Source: Mobula birostris (taxonomy: Eukaryota). Taken from it: 64,000 bases of DNA. Below, piece after piece: positions 23,860 through 37,863 of the stretch. The stretch is taken from NCBI RefSeq assembly GCF_030028105.1, contig NC_092374.1, positions 66,474,948 through 66,538,947 of the forward strand. The letters are read 5' to 3'. The position numbers were made by a program, and so were the translations under genes. Positions within the stretch are counted from its first letter, which is position 1. Every line of letters starts with the position of its first letter. Below the pieces are notes generated by a model. The model had not been told where the DNA came from. It worked only from the letters and a program-made list of their open reading frames with translations, and made no database searches.

Positions 23860-24795
23860 GCAATATTTGTTTTTGAAATGGCCACAATGCCAGCGCAGAA
23901 CTCAGGAAAGGAATTAGGAAAGCTAGGAGTGGCCAGGATATGTCTTTGGCATGTAAGGTTAAAATGAATCCCAAGGCATTCCGCCTTGAGAGCAAGAGGA
24001 TAACTGGTGAGACAGTAGGACCACACAAGAATAAAGGGGGAACATTTGCTTGGATGTAGAGAATATGTGTGAGGTCTTTAATGAGTATTTTACTTCAGTA
24101 TTTACCAAAGAAAAGGACATGGAGGACCAGGAGGTCGGTACTGTGTGCATAAATATGTTAGGGTGTTTAGGGGTCGAGGAGGAGATAATGTTGGGTCTCC
24201 TAATGAGCATTAAGGTGGATAAGTCCCCAGGGCCTGATGGGATTTACCCCAGGTTATTGAGGGAGGCAAGAGATGAGATTGCTAGGCCCTTGACCAGTAC
24301 CTCCATATCCTCTCTAGGCATAGGCAAGTTCCTGGATGACTAATGAGTGGCCAATGTTGTACCTCTATTTAAGATTGGAACAAGGGAAAATCCTGGGAAC
24401 TATAGACTGGTGAGCCTCATGTCAGTTGCAGGGAAATTGCTGGAGAAAACTCTTAGGGATAGGATACATGAGCATTTGGAAACCCATGGCCTAATTAGGG
24501 AGAGCAAGCATGGCTTTCTGTGAGCAGGTCATGTCTTACTAACTTGATTAAGTTTTTTGACAAGGTGATGACAGAGATTGATGAAGATAAAGTAGTGGAT
24601 GTTGTTTACATGGATTTTAGTAAGGTTTTTGACAAATCCCTCATGGGAGGCTAATCCAGAAGATTAGGAGGATGCTTGGGATCCACGGCGAATTGGCTGC
24701 TTGGATTCAGAACTGGCTTGTGCATAGAAGATAGAGGGTCGTGATCAAAGGGACTTATTTGAGCTGGAGGTGTTCTGCAGGGATTTGTGCTGCCT
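23860..24795 (+). mobile_element. CR1 ORF2 relic
   Basis: NEYFTSVFTKE, KSPGPDGIYPRLLRE, YMDFSKVFDK; several stops. Confidence 0.85.
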
Positions 24796-25584
24796 TCTAT
24801 ATCTAAGGAAATTAGAAACTTCTTGTTAGAATTTTCCACCTTAGAACACTGAGGTTGCAAAGAAAATGAAGGAATGAGGGAATAGTGTAGGAAGCTGGAG
24901 TGGGGGAGCAGGTAAATTGTGATCTTTCTCAGCAAGCTTGAAGGGCTGAATACCCTTCCATTGCTTCTATTTCTCATGCTTTTAAAATGCAACAGTTGCC
25001 TTCATGATCCTACATCCCAGTAGAAAGACCTTGCTGTTTGTTTCTGCGAAACATCCAATGTCACTTAACTTTACTTACACCCCTATACACTCTGTTGATC
25101 AATAGTGCAGCTCCTTTTCTCTTAATTAGTCAACTTTCTGAATCAGTAAACTATTGGCAAGAACAATTTTTTATCCTAGTCTGATTTCTTCTAGAAAGGA
25201 GCTGATGAACTTTCTTCTTCAATGACTATAGTGCTTCCATTGAAGATACTTCCGCACTGTTGTTAGAAAGAGAACTCTTAGTAAGGATGAAGGAACGGCA
25301 ACATATCTCCAAGGCAGTCTGTCCTGTTATTATTCCCACATGCTTGGTCCACTTGTCCTTCTTGGTGGTAGAAGTGGAGGGCTTGAGATGTCATACTGGA
25401 GTAGGTTTGGCAAGAAACAGTTGCATGTTTTACATGGTGAATTTAACGTGCCATATATCAAACTTTTGCCTGAATATTGTCTAGGTATTCTCTGGAGAAA
25501 GGTGAAGCTTCATTTGCTGAATGGAATTGACAATGTGTGATGATTAGTAAACTTTTGACTTAATGATGGAACCTCCAAGAGGAC

Positions 25585-25952
25585 CACAACATTGTCATAG
25601 GGTTTGGAGGCTTGCATCCCTCAATGACTCAGAGAGCTATTTTTGGCTAGAGTCAGGGCCCTGTGCTTTGGCTTTTGGTAGGGTCACACATCTCGAACAG
25701 GTCTAATGGTAGAGGCCGGTCTAAGAGTGAACCATCCTGCTTTCCAGGTTCAGGGGTTCAGCTCAGGACTAACAATGCTGACTGGTCAAAAAATGCTACA
25801 GAAACAGCAATGAAGAATCCTTCTATATCTGTGTTCAACTGAAGACACTGAACCACAGCTGAGGCACAATGGAGAAGATGGTCAAGGATAGGCAGAGATA
25901 GAGGACCTTCATTGCTGCCCTAAGTTCCAGTGTTGTAACAGGCAGCAAATTA
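25585..25952 (+). mobile_element. Bipartite non-autonomous RTE (Expander-like 5' UTR + 3' end)
   Basis: tcaatgactcagagagctat...ggtagggtcac...ctaagagtg 5' UTR-like block joined to C-terminal (EKMVKDRQR.RTFIAAL) remnant. Confidence 0.55.
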
Positions 25953-26214
25953 ATGATAAAAGATGGTAATTGATTAGGCTATGAGACTCAAATTACCACA
26001 TTTCCCTGAGGATCACCTGCAGTTAAACTTGGGCTGGAATAAATGAATACCAGCAACAACTATCTTCCTTTGTGCAATGTATGATTCAGACCACTGGAGT
26101 GATGTCCACTGACTTAAGTTTTCAGATACTCCTTGACACTACACTTGGTCAAATGATGCTTTCACTGGAAGAGTATTCAGTTTTGCCTCATCCTTGAAAT
26201 TAAGGTGGGAGGAG

Positions 26215-26826
26215 AAGATAGTGGTGCGTCTGCGTGAGGACAGCCCTCCAGTGAAAAATGATATCGTATCTGTTAAATAGGGGTCGTGGACAATTCTGAT
26301 TTGATGGAGAATGGACGTGAAAGCACAGAGGAACATCTGGAGAAATTTCTGAACGCCTGTTCGCTGCTGTCGTTACTGTGTGGTCGGGAATCTTTCGGAG
26401 GGTAGGCCTCAAAATCCCCGGTCTTGCCTGCTTTTGGCGACTGAGAAGGAGGTCGAATCGTTCAGACAGAGATGGCGCTCAGTACTCAGTGTTGGAGAGC
26501 TGATCAGAGCTCGAAGCTTTCGGATGACTCAGAGTTGGATTGTGGTCGGCATGGCTGAGCGAGTTTTTCTTCCTTCTCCCGTCTGCGTGAGATGTGGGAC
26601 ATTTGAGAAACTTTGAACTTTACTGTGCTCATGGACTTCTTCATCAAGTTATGGTACTGTTGCACTGTTGTAACTATATGTTATAATTATGTGGTTTTGT
26701 CCGTTTTTTCAGTCTTGGTCTGTCCTGTGTTTAGTGATATCACACCGGAGGAAATAATGCATCATTGCTTAATGCATGCATTACTAAATGACAATAAAAG
26801 AGGACTACGTGTCTTCATAATCTAAA
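26215..26826 (+). mobile_element. Non-coding LINE-derived non-autonomous element
   Basis: Shares ~170-bp 3' end (ttgcactgttgtaactatatgttataattatgtgg...gacaataaa.gaggact...cataatctaa) with 35867-36517. Confidence 0.7.
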
Positions 26827-29798
26827 ATTCAGCTCTTTATCACTGGAATAAGGGGGTTTGGAGCCAAACGGTACAAGTGCAGCCTTGACATGAGTAAGCA
26901 GGGCAGGATTGGCAACAACACATTCTATTGCTCTGGTGATTGACAAACCAGGAAAGAGGTAATTAGTGAGATTGAAATTGTTTTGCACTTTGGCAGAAGA
27001 ACATTCCCAGGTATTGTTCCAGATCAGATGAAGGGTCATGACCCAAAACATTGACTGTCCATATCCCTCAATAGATGCTCTCTATTCCTTCAATATTTTG
27101 TTTGTTACTTTTGGATATTGTTGGTTAGATGCTAGTGTTGCAACTGTATCCAAATAGCTTGGCGAGAGATGCAACAAGTCCTGGAACATATCTTCTATAG
27201 CACAGCTGAGGTGTTGTCTGGCCCCATCGCTTTGATTGTATTTGATGCTCTCAGCCATTTCTGGATATCACATGGAATGAATCAAATTGGTCTATGGCTG
27301 GCTTCTCTCACTGTAGGGATCCCAGAAGGAATGTGAACAGGATCATCCACTTGGTTTTTCTAGTGGAATGCGGCTACGAAGGTGCCAGCCTTGCTTTTGG
27401 CACTCGCATGTTGGGCCCCATCCTTGATAATGAAGGGGATGCTCCTGAATCCTCATGCAGTTAACTATTCAATTATTCATCACCTTCACAATGGTAGCAC
27501 TGCAGAACTGATTTATCTCTGTGAGATTGTTTATCTTTGTCTACTGCATACTGTTTTCTCAGTTTGGCATACACACAGTACTTTATTGCAGCTTCACTAG
27601 ATAGGCACTTTAATTTGGGTACACATGGTGTTGCTCCCAGTATACCCTTCTGCATTCTTCACTGAACCATGGTTAATGCTCTAGCTTGATAGTAATGGTC
27701 GAGGAATGTGACAGCATATGAAGAAATAGGATGGATTCTTCTAAGATAAATTATGATCTTTCTTACAGCTTTCCACTGCACTGCACTGAAAGTACTCGAT
27801 GCATTTAACAATGTACAGACACAAAATTGAGCGGGTTTTGAAAATACAAAGCAGCAGGTTGTCAGCAATGTGACAGCTCCCAGTGACTTTATCTTGATGT
27901 GCTGTATTAACATCTCACTAATTTTTAGGACAAAGCATAGGTTATTTTATCTTTCATGTGTACAGAGTCTGAGATTAATGTGCATTCACTAACTACCTGA
28001 TCTCCTAGGTTGCACAGGAAAATTAAGCAAAATAGATGTTGCTCTGAGCTCAGCAGTCATATTAGATTAATAAGCATCTTCATCAATCTTCGACCTTGAA
28101 CCATCTGCTGTTAATAATTTTAGTCTCGATGCTTTGGGGGAATTGACGACACCACACTGCAGACATAACTTAGGAGTAATGCACACAAACAACTATTAAC
28201 CATGGGATTCTTAAAGGTATTAGGGCATATTTTGGAGTTATAGTATATAACAAATACTAAGTTCAACAGCAGCCAGTCTTCAGACCTGGATATGGATTGT
28301 AGATGTAATTTAAAATGCAGCTCTGAACAATGGTCTTCCTGGAATTGCATTTTAGGGTTGATTACAAACAAAGAAACACTCTATTTGACCTCAGGTGCCT
28401 GCATATGTGTGAATGTAGCCCAAAGTAAGTGGGAATTAGCATTTATTTTGTGTGTCTTCTGAAGTGTGGGTGTAAAGATGGAGCTTTTTGAAAATTATAT
28501 GTAATTCAAAGGAAGCATTGTAAATACATTGTAACTATAGAATTGTCCTGCTGTTTCCTTTAATTTTTAGCATATAAAGAATGTCATGCAATATTGAGTT
28601 AGGCAGGTGGCTTCTTCTAAGAGTGTCTCAAACATGATGCTTGCTGCTCATTTTGCTAAATAAAGATTTCCATATCCACTAGCTTTAGTGCCTCTGCAGT
28701 GACTTTGTTCACAGTCACAACAAAGGAATCAGTGGGAATAATATTTTCTATATTTCGACCAGCAGATATGTCATTATAATACTTTCAAGTGGCCTTGTTG
28801 TAGCTACAGGATTCAGTAGAAGCTCAATTGACAGCACCAAATGAGAATCTGTGGAGGAAGGTAAAAATTGTTCCCATGACAGGGTTTCTAAGACAAGAAG
28901 GTATAGATTTTATATCTAGAAGGTTTGGAGGGTATTTGAGTGGGGGATTTATTTACATATTAAGAGTGATTGGAATCTGGAATGCATAGCCTGAGGAAGT
29001 AGAAACTTTCACAGCTGACCTCTAGTTTAGTCTATGTGAAGTTGCTCCTGAGTACTCCTAGATATAATTTATCTAGATAAGCACTTGAATTGTCAAGGCA
29101 CAGAAGGCTGTGGTCAAATAATGTGGATAAATGGGATTGATTATATGGATGAAACAGCTGGCATATACTGTATATGTAGTAGGTAAAAGGGCCTATTTTT
29201 GTGGAGTGTGACAATAATTCTATTACTCTATGACCCCTTATGGAGGTAGAGAATGCAGCTGGGATCTGAGGGAAGAGCAGACATTCCTGATGGAACTTTA
29301 TAATAAGCTATTTCTATCCCATTCATCATCAGCCATCGACTCATGACTCACTCATGCTGAAGAGCCTGTTCCTGTGCTGTACTGTTCCCTCTTCACCTTA
29401 GTTTCTAGTTCAATATTGCACTTGATGTAAAAAATCTCAACAATGCCTTCCATGGCCTTCATTCCCATCTCTACCACCCCCAGGATATCTGACCTTTCCA
29501 CCTCTGCTCTCTTCTACATGCTCCTACAGGATCCATTGCTCCATCATTCCTGCCTGTGCTCCAGTTGCCAGACTTGCAGACTCTGAAATTCCCTTTCCCA
29601 CGTACGATTCTCTCCCTCTTCAAGACATCTCTTAAATTCTGCCAAGCCTTCAATCTTGTTTGAGATCTATTAATATATTTTTCCAATTCAGGATCAGCTT
29701 TTTCAGGTATTACTATTGTAAAGCATCTTGAAAATGTTCTATGAGATTATAGGCACTTTATTAATGCAAGATGTTATGTTTATTCATTGAGTTCCATT

Positions 29799-30658
29799 TG
29801 TTACATGCTCAAGGAGATCTGTTTTTTTTGTGAGAATGATGTAATGGCCTTTTGGAGGTCACCTGATGTGATTTTCCCGCCGATGTGAGGTCACGTGATG
29901 ACATGTGCCCTGTGACTATATAAGGGTCGACTCAGGTGACGCAGTGGGTTTTTGAGTTTGTAGATTTCCAGGTAGAACGTGTTGTGCCTCTGTTTCTGTT
30001 GCGTGTTTGTTTTTGTGACACAGTTTCATTTTTAAAACGGACGGTGCGTTCCCTTACAAGATTTGTATTATTGAACTGGAAATTTGTGGCTGGAAGTGCC
30101 AATTTACTCAATTCCGACAGTTTTGAAGGGAGAGTGAAGAATTCATCGAAGTGAAGGATCGAGAGAAGTCGGCATCGTTTGGCAGTTTAATAAAGAATCC
30201 ACCTTATTGAGTCTTCATTGGAGAGAACCTTGCAATAGGGCAATGAGTTCATGCAAAAAGGTGCTCTCTTTCTCTAAAAGGAATTTAAGGTCAGTCGATT
30301 TAAACTGTTTGTTTTCGGCATCGGGAATCCTGTGGACAGAACCAGCAGTAAAGGTGCGTCTGTGAAGAAATCTTTCTCCAGAGAAGTCTCTCCCAATTCA
30401 ATGTGTAAAACTGTTGGACTTTCGAAGTTATCACTTTAAGAACTATATCTGACTATCACTTTAAGAACTGTTTTCGCATTTAACGCTTTAAGAACCAGAG
30501 CCGAGTGGCGAGTTGGTGAACGGCTGCATACCTGTTAACCTCCGGTTAAAGTTTTGCTTTGTTTTATTTTCCTTATCGTTTATATGTGTTTAATAAATAT
30601 CCGGTTGTTTTTATATAACCTATCTCGATTAATATTCATTGTTGCCGGTTACGTAACA
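29799..30658 (+). mobile_element. Solo LTR (gypsy-like)
   Basis: Terminal inverted TGTTAC...GTAACA, 4-bp TSD CATT (29795-29798, 30659-30662), TATA-like TATATAA near 29917, AATAAA near 30592. Confidence 0.85.
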
Positions 30659-31722
30659 CATTGTATTACTAAAACAATTTCCAGGCACTATTTAAAATTG
30701 TCGGTATTACGATGCATTTACAATGTTCTTCAGAATATTCAATAAATCCCGACATGAGCCATATAAAACGTCAATTTTCCAAAGGCCCTGCCTAGTATTA
30801 ATTGGGCAATGCCAAATTGTACTCACTCTCATATAAACGGAATTCCAATTAGAAGCCAGCACTGGAGAGAAATAAATGATATTTATCCAATCAACACACC
30901 AACAGTTTTCATGACCTTAGAATTTTCCCAAAATATCTGCATCTTTCTGTTACTAAGCCATGAGAATAATACCTGACAGATGTTATTCTCTGTAGAATTT
31001 AGTAGGTTTAATTTGCTGTCAATTTGAATAATGTATGCTCAATATTGCAGATTCACTCTGGGAATTGTAGGCCTTCAAGGTCCATAAGTACAGTATATTG
31101 AGGAAAAACAGCAGAACGCAGGATCCATGACCCAGAGAGAGTAGCAGATAGGTGGCCAATCTTTGCCACTGATCATAGTATGCAATTGCTGATTTTATAA
31201 ACATGTCATTCTTCAGATCTACCTTATTGTTGCATTAATAGTAAATACAAATTTTAATGGAATAGATTTTTTTGTGGAAAAGCAATTTTACAACTTAATT
31301 CAGCTGAAGGTAATATTTTTCAGCTAGTTTATTGTTTGGCTTGGTGAATGAAGTTGGTTTGGATTGGCAGTACTTTAAAAGAAAATAAAACAAATGATTT
31401 GATTGGTTAGTATGTGGCCAGTGTTGAAGCGAAAGAAAAAAATATGGGCAACCTAACTGGTTTGGTCTAAATAGCTCTATTTGTAATTGGTAGCTTTTCT
31501 CTCGAGTCTAGTGTTGAATGTATCAAACTTACAGCATTACTTATTTGAGCCAACCAGAAAATGAGAGGGACAATTCATGCATTAGATTACTTTAAGTGTT
31601 AAAAGTACATTTAAAGGAGGAAAACACAATTTCAAAGCATCTGCATTGAATACTATTAATTAAACTAAATTGAATAGTTGCACTGAAGTGGTCTCAGTAT
31701 CACTGAGGTACCATCATTTTGT

Positions 31723-31926
31723 GGCATCCGTTAGTCTCGTGAGACCATGGATCTGCGCCTGGAAAGTCTTGCTTCAGTCTGTGTTGGTAGAGCAGTGTCT
31801 GTTGTGGCTGTAGAGGCCCACATGGGAGTGACAGTCTCGGCTGCAGCGACTGCACTTGAAGGCACTGTCCTCCAGTGTGTCTTGGTGCTGTTTTTTCCGA
31901 CGAGTGTGCATTCTTCAGCAGCAAGC
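31723..31926 (-). mobile_element. RTE (BovB-like) LINE 3' end
   Basis: Encodes FKCSRCSRDCHSHVGLYSHNRHC...* followed by a 3' UTR agactttccaggcgcagatccatggtctcacgagactaacggatgcc. Confidence 0.85.
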
Positions 31927-32671
31927 TTGTGGTAGCATAATGACTGTTATTAAACAAAGTTGAAGTGGACATCATGATACGAATAGTACATTTACAAATA
32001 TATGTTGTCAAATTGCTGAGGTTCCTTTGATAGGAACTTCCAAAATTCATAGTCTCTAACATTCAGAAAATCAAGAACAGCCAAGTGCAAGTTTCCCTAA
32101 AAGATATACATCATTCTTGCTTGGACATATATCATTACTTGATCATTTGTCACCAGCTCAAAATATTGGTTAGGGATAGGTCTAAATGTTGTTTTTCCCA
32201 GCAATCTACACATCTGTAAGCCTATTTTAGAAACTCATCACTGACAAAGGAAAAGGCATAGATTTCATTGTGTGCTCACTAAGTCAAGTACCACACTAAT
32301 GTGATACTTGTAATGTAGAGTGATACTTTTACTGTGCACTCCTCTGTGAACCTCTCTGTGCTCTCTCCCTGTGTGTAATGACAAGTCATATCTTATGCTG
32401 CAATGAAACCTGCCAGTTCCTATGAGTGAATTTTGAGCTTCTATTCCATTTACGTCTGTCACCATTCTTCATCTAGTCACAAAGAAGAATAACATTCTCT
32501 GTCCTTTGTGGTCCACCTCATCATAAAACTTCTCAATCAGTATTATTACATTTCCCTGCAAACACAGTGCCATTAAAAGCTGAAGATTTATTTTCTGTGA
32601 TACCAACAGCGAGCAAGTGAAACCCTGAAAGGCTCCTATAATTTTGTGGACCTCAATCACAGAGAAGAAGG

Positions 32672-33060
32672 TCACAAGCATGAGAAAATCTGTCGATGCT
32701 GGAAATCCAAAACAACACACACAAAATGCTGGAGGAACTCATCAGGTCTGGCAGCATCCATGGAAAGAAGTAAACAGTTGACATTTCAGGCTGAGACCCT
32801 TCTTCAGGACTGAGAGGGAAGTGGGGGAGATACCTAAATTAAAAGGAAAGAGGCTAGCTAGAAGGTGATAGGTGAAGCTAGGTGGGTGGGAAAGGGCTGG
32901 AAAATAAATAATAAAATAGGAGAGGAGAAAGGGAAGGAGGAGGGATCCTAGGGGTAAGTAATGGGCAGATGAGAAGAAGTAAAAGGTCAAAGAGGGGAAT
33001 AGAGGGCAGGATGTATACATGGGGAGAGTATAGGGGAGCAGAGAAGAAGGTAGCAAGATA
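32672..33060 (-). mobile_element. PLE 3' tail with hammerhead motif (32775-32812), sense to grin3a
   Basis: Minus strand reads CAGTC CTGAAGA A GGGT-CTCA-GCCT GAAA TG TC AACTG, plus the conserved downstream tail. Confidence 0.8.
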
Positions 33061-33864
33061 CATGGAGTGAACTGATAAAATATTTTACCTGATCATTCAG
33101 TGAATCAGCGAGCCCTGTTGCTATCTTTCAAAGGGTAATACTTAACTGATCACAGACCACACGTTCCCAAAGTGATTCCTCCCTGCTGACAGGCTCAGGC
33201 ACGCAGTAAGGATCTTGAGATGGAATAAAACTGGTTCTGTGGCTTTCCCAGCTTCTGCTGTCACCACTGATCCAGACAGGTTGCCCAATCCTACACATCA
33301 ATGGCGGGCTGTCTTTCTTGCCCTGTTTAACCCTTGGTTAAGTCCTGGAAAGAGTATGAGACTGTTGTAGCATGGACAGAGGCATTGGACTACAATGTCT
33401 ATGAAATCAAGGGAGTTTCTATTCCCATTGGCTCTGCTGAGAGTGAGTTTACAAACAATCCTTTCTGAACAAACATGTTGAGTTCAATCATGTAGTAGTT
33501 GCTGAGCAAGATTGGGTGAAGTTATTATTGACCTGCAAGTCAAAGAGATCGTTCCAAAAAGCATTAAGTGCATAACTTACACCAGAAGGGTGCCATGTTG
33601 TGAATGACATCTGATGTCATCAGGCTATTGTGATTTTAACAATGGGACCAATACCCACACTTATTGAGTTATGTTCATGAAAATATTATGCATATCATTT
33701 CCTCACTCCTCATAAATGATTGACTTACTATTATGGTTCAATACTTCCTGCTACTGAACTAAAAACTAGCTCACAAGATTTCCTGATATTGAAGATGTGC
33801 TACTGTAGCAGACCAGATCATTTGCAGTTTTGTGTAAATAAAAGATGTAACAAGTGCATGATGT

Positions 33865-34840
33865 CAGAATCAGATTCCAGTTTAATATCATCAGCATATG
33901 TCATGAAATTTGTTAACTTTATGGTAGCACTGCAATGAAATACATGATAAAAGAAATGAGTTACATTAAGTATATATATATAAAATCTTTAAGTTAAATA
34001 AGTAGAGAAAAGAAAAACATAAATAATATAGTAGTGAGGTAGCATTCTTCAGGTTCAATGTCCATTTAGAAACTGGATGGCAGAAGGGAAGAAGCTGTTC
34101 CTGTAGACTAGTACTCATGATAGAGCTGAGTAATTTTACAACTTTCTGCAACGTACATCGATCTTGTGCAGTAGCATCCCACCCCCACACCAGACAGTGA
34201 AGCAGACAATTAGAATGCTTTCCATGGTACATTTGTAGAAGTTTTCGAGTGTTTTAGTTGACAAGTGAAATCTCCTCAAAATGAAATTTAACCGCTGTCT
34301 TGGCTTCTTTATTGGTGCATCAGTATGTTGTGCCCAGGTTAGGTCCTCAGAGATATTGACACCCAGGAACGTGAAATTGTTCAGTCCCTCAACTTCTAAT
34401 CCCTCGATGAGAATTGGTTTGGTTTCCTTCGCCTTACCTTTCCTGAAGTCCACAATCATGTTTTTTGTCTTGCTGATGTTGAGTGCAAGGTTGTTGCTGT
34501 GACATCACTCAACTAACTGGTATATTTCACTCCTCTACAGCCCTTCGTTAGCATCTGAAATTCTGCCAACAATAATTATATCATCAGCAAATTTATAGGT
34601 GGCATTTGAGTTATGCCTAGCCACACAGTCACAGATGAGGAGAGGAGTGGGCTAAGCACACATCCCTGTGGTGCGCCAACGTTGATTGTCAGCAAAGTGG
34701 AGATTTTATTTCCAGTCCGCACAGATTGTTGTCTTCTAGTTATGAAATCTAGAATCCAGTTGCAGAGGGAGGTACAGAGGCCTAGATTATGTAGCTGTTC
34801 GATCAGGACTGGAAGAATGATGGTGTTAAATGATGGAAAC
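33865..34840 (-). mobile_element. Rex1/Babar-like LINE ORF2 relic
   Basis: MIVDFRK, FLGVNISEDLTW, YKCTMESIL; [11 protein letters not shown]-type block near 34640. Confidence 0.8.
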
Positions 34841-35866
34841 TAGAGTTAATTACAAGCAAAAGAAACTTGACTTATGAAGTAGATTTTCACTTCAAGTCAA
34901 ATTCACTCCATCCAATTTTTCATTTTTCTTATATAGGATTTTGTCCAGGGGCCAGCTCTGATACTTTCAGCTTCAGGATCTCATTGACGTATATATATCT
35001 CCACCCGCTCTCTCCCAACACTGGCTGAACAGATAGCAATTAGAATCTTTGGCTCAAAAGCCCTGGGTTTGAGTCTGCAAGTTCAAAATAAATGGATTTT
35101 TAAAAAGATTGCTGGCTAGCTGTCATTTTCAATAGTTATACTGGTAGTTGCCAAGCTTGTATCATTACCAACATGACTCAGTAAAAATGTTTAAACATAC
35201 TATTCCATTGTAGTTCTTTCCCTGTGTGTATGTCAACAAATACTCTGGGTCAAGGTAGCCTAACTAAGCAGATTAGGACAAAAAAGCAGAGGTTAGAAGA
35301 ATGGGATGTAATCTGTTTGAAATATACAATGTTTTTATGGGCTGCACAGGGTAAATGCAGGGATGTTTCTAGTGGCTGCAGCACCTCAAACCAAGGGGTG
35401 CTGTTTAAAATAAGAGGCTGGCCACTTAGGACAGAGACAAGAAGCAGTCTCTTCACCAAGAGCTTTAGTTGAGAGAAATTCTCTTGGAAATTTGCACTGG
35501 AGCACTCTGTGGAGAATCTATTACTGAGTATGTTGAAGACAGACCAATATGTAGTGGCCCAGCTGGAAGAACAGTGAGGATGATCCAGGTTCATTTCGGA
35601 CCTCTGTTACTGTCTGCATGGACAGGGCACGTTCTCGCTGTAACCAGAATAAAGCTGGAGTAAACAAGCTAATTAATTAGGTGCCACCCAGGGTGATTTG
35701 ACTATCTCAGGAACAGCAGATCTCCGGGGATTTTTACGCACAACAGACTCTGGAGTTTACAAAGAATGGTGCCAACAGAACAGCCACTTGCTGGATTTTT
35801 TTTTGTTTTTGGCTCCATTCTGTGTAGGTAGAGTAGGTAGAGAGAAATTATTCCTACTGATAGAAG

Positions 35867-36517
35867 AAGATGGCACTAGTGAACAACGCTACCAAGGGCA
35901 ACATTCTCAGGACCGTTCATGAAGCCAATCCTTTCACTAGTTTGCTGTCTTTCTTTTATTTCAAACGTGGTTCTGCTACTGTTGCAACCTGTGACTTACA
36001 TTCCGGCCACGTGTTTTCAGGCCAATCACGCGATCTGGCATTTTGCGGCGTCTGAGAGGGATCGATGGGGTTGCAAGTGAAATAGAGGCCAGGGGGCCTG
36101 GAGACCGGGCACAGGCTCATGCTCGACTCCATTTAGGAGGAGAAGGTGGCAGCATGATGCAGCTCGCAGCGGCCACTCCGGTGGTGAGGTCTGTTATCTG
36201 TCAAGTAGGGTGCTGTGCACAATCCTGATTTGACGGAGTTTCTCCCTTCTACCGTCTGCTTGAGATGATGAGGTTATCGGGACTTTGAGACTTTTTTTTT
36301 ACCGTGCCCATGGTCTGCTCTTTATCAAATTACCATATTGCTTTGCACTGTTGTAACTATATGTTATAATTATGTGGTTTTGTCAGTTTTATTCTTGGTT
36401 TGTCCTGTGTTTCTTGTGATATCATTCTGGTGGAACATTGTATCATTTTTTAATGCATGCATTTCTAAATGACAATAAACGAGGACTGAGTGTCCTCATA
36501 ATCTAATCTAATCTAAT
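35867..36517 (+). mobile_element. Non-coding LINE-derived non-autonomous element
   Basis: Starts AAGATGGC, ends (AATCT)n; 3' end shared with 26215-26826. Confidence 0.7.
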
Positions 36518-37114
36518 TTCTCACCAAATGAAGTGCCGAGGAAGACTGAAATCATTGAGGCAGGTGCCAAGGATGAGCGAGTGTTCAGTGCCACCTACCG
36601 GCCTTTCACGGGCTGCTGGAGGAGGGTGTCTGCGTGTAATGGCTTCTCTCACCTTCTCGCTCACTGCTCCCAAGGGAAGGTCTCATATTCAAATGACCTC
36701 TCTCGCTCTCCCCCTCAGTGATGTTGGACGATGGTGCTGGAGTAAGGTTTAATCAATGCATTTTGTGGATTGGACTCAGTACTATGTGTTTCTAGGTTTT
36801 CTAGTTGCTTCTGTTTTTGTTGCTAGTTTGAGCGATTTTGAATTGGGGTGGCCTGAGATAAGGAACTCTTAGCTGAACTGAAACATGCCTTTTGATTTTG
36901 TGTCTTATAAACTGTGTTTTTGCTTGTGTTTTTTTATTGCTAATTGCAGATTTGTTTTTTACTCATGCAGTGGGGAGAGATGTTGTTGGTTTGATGCTTT
37001 TTTCTCTTTAAACAAGTTTCTTTGTTTCGTGGTTGTCTGTGGGGAAGGCGAAGCTCAGGGTTGTATGCTGCACACATACTTTAGTAATAGATGTACTTTG
37101 AATCCTTTGAAGAA

Positions 37115-37863
37115 CTGGAGAACGTTAGCATTAATGGTAAGGCTCTTGACATTGTGGAGGATCAGAGGGATCTTGGGGTCCGAGTCCATAGGACACTCAA
37201 AGCTGCTATGCAGATTGACTCTATTGTTAAGAAGGCATACGGTGCATTGGCCTTCGTCAATTGCAGGATTGACTTTAAGAGCCGAGAGGTAATGTTGCAG
37301 CTATCTAGAACCCTGGTCATACCCCACTTGGAGTACTGTGCTCAATTCTGGTTGCCTCACTACAGGAAGGATGGGGAAACCATAGGAAGGGTGCAGAGGA
37401 GATTTACAAGGATGTTTCCTGGATTGGGGAGCATACCTTATGAGAATAGGTTGAGTGAACTCGGCCTTTTCTCCTTGGAGTGACAGAGGCTGAGAGGTGA
37501 TCTAATAGAGGTATACAAGACAATGAGGGGCATTGATTGTGCAAATAGCCAGAGGCTTTCCCCCAGGACTGAAATGGCTAGCATGAGAGGGCATAGTTTT
37601 AAGGTGCTTGGAAGTAGGTACAGAGGAGATGTCGGGGTAAGTTCTTTTACGCAGAGAGTGGTGAGTGCGTGGAATGGGCTGCCGGTGGTGGCGGCGGAGG
37701 CAGAAACGATAGGGTCTTATAAGAGACTCCTAGATGGCTACATGGAGCTTAGAAAAATAGAGGGTTATGGGTAAAGCCTAGGTAGCTCTAAAGTAGGGAC
37801 ATGTTTGGCACAGCTTTGTGGGCCGAAGGGCCTGTATTGTGCTGAAGATTTTCTATGTTTCTA
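37115..37863 (+). mobile_element. CR1 3' fragment
   Basis: RDLGVRVH, PHLEYCAQFWLPHYRKD, FTQRVVSAWN; tail ttctatgtttcta. Confidence 0.9.
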
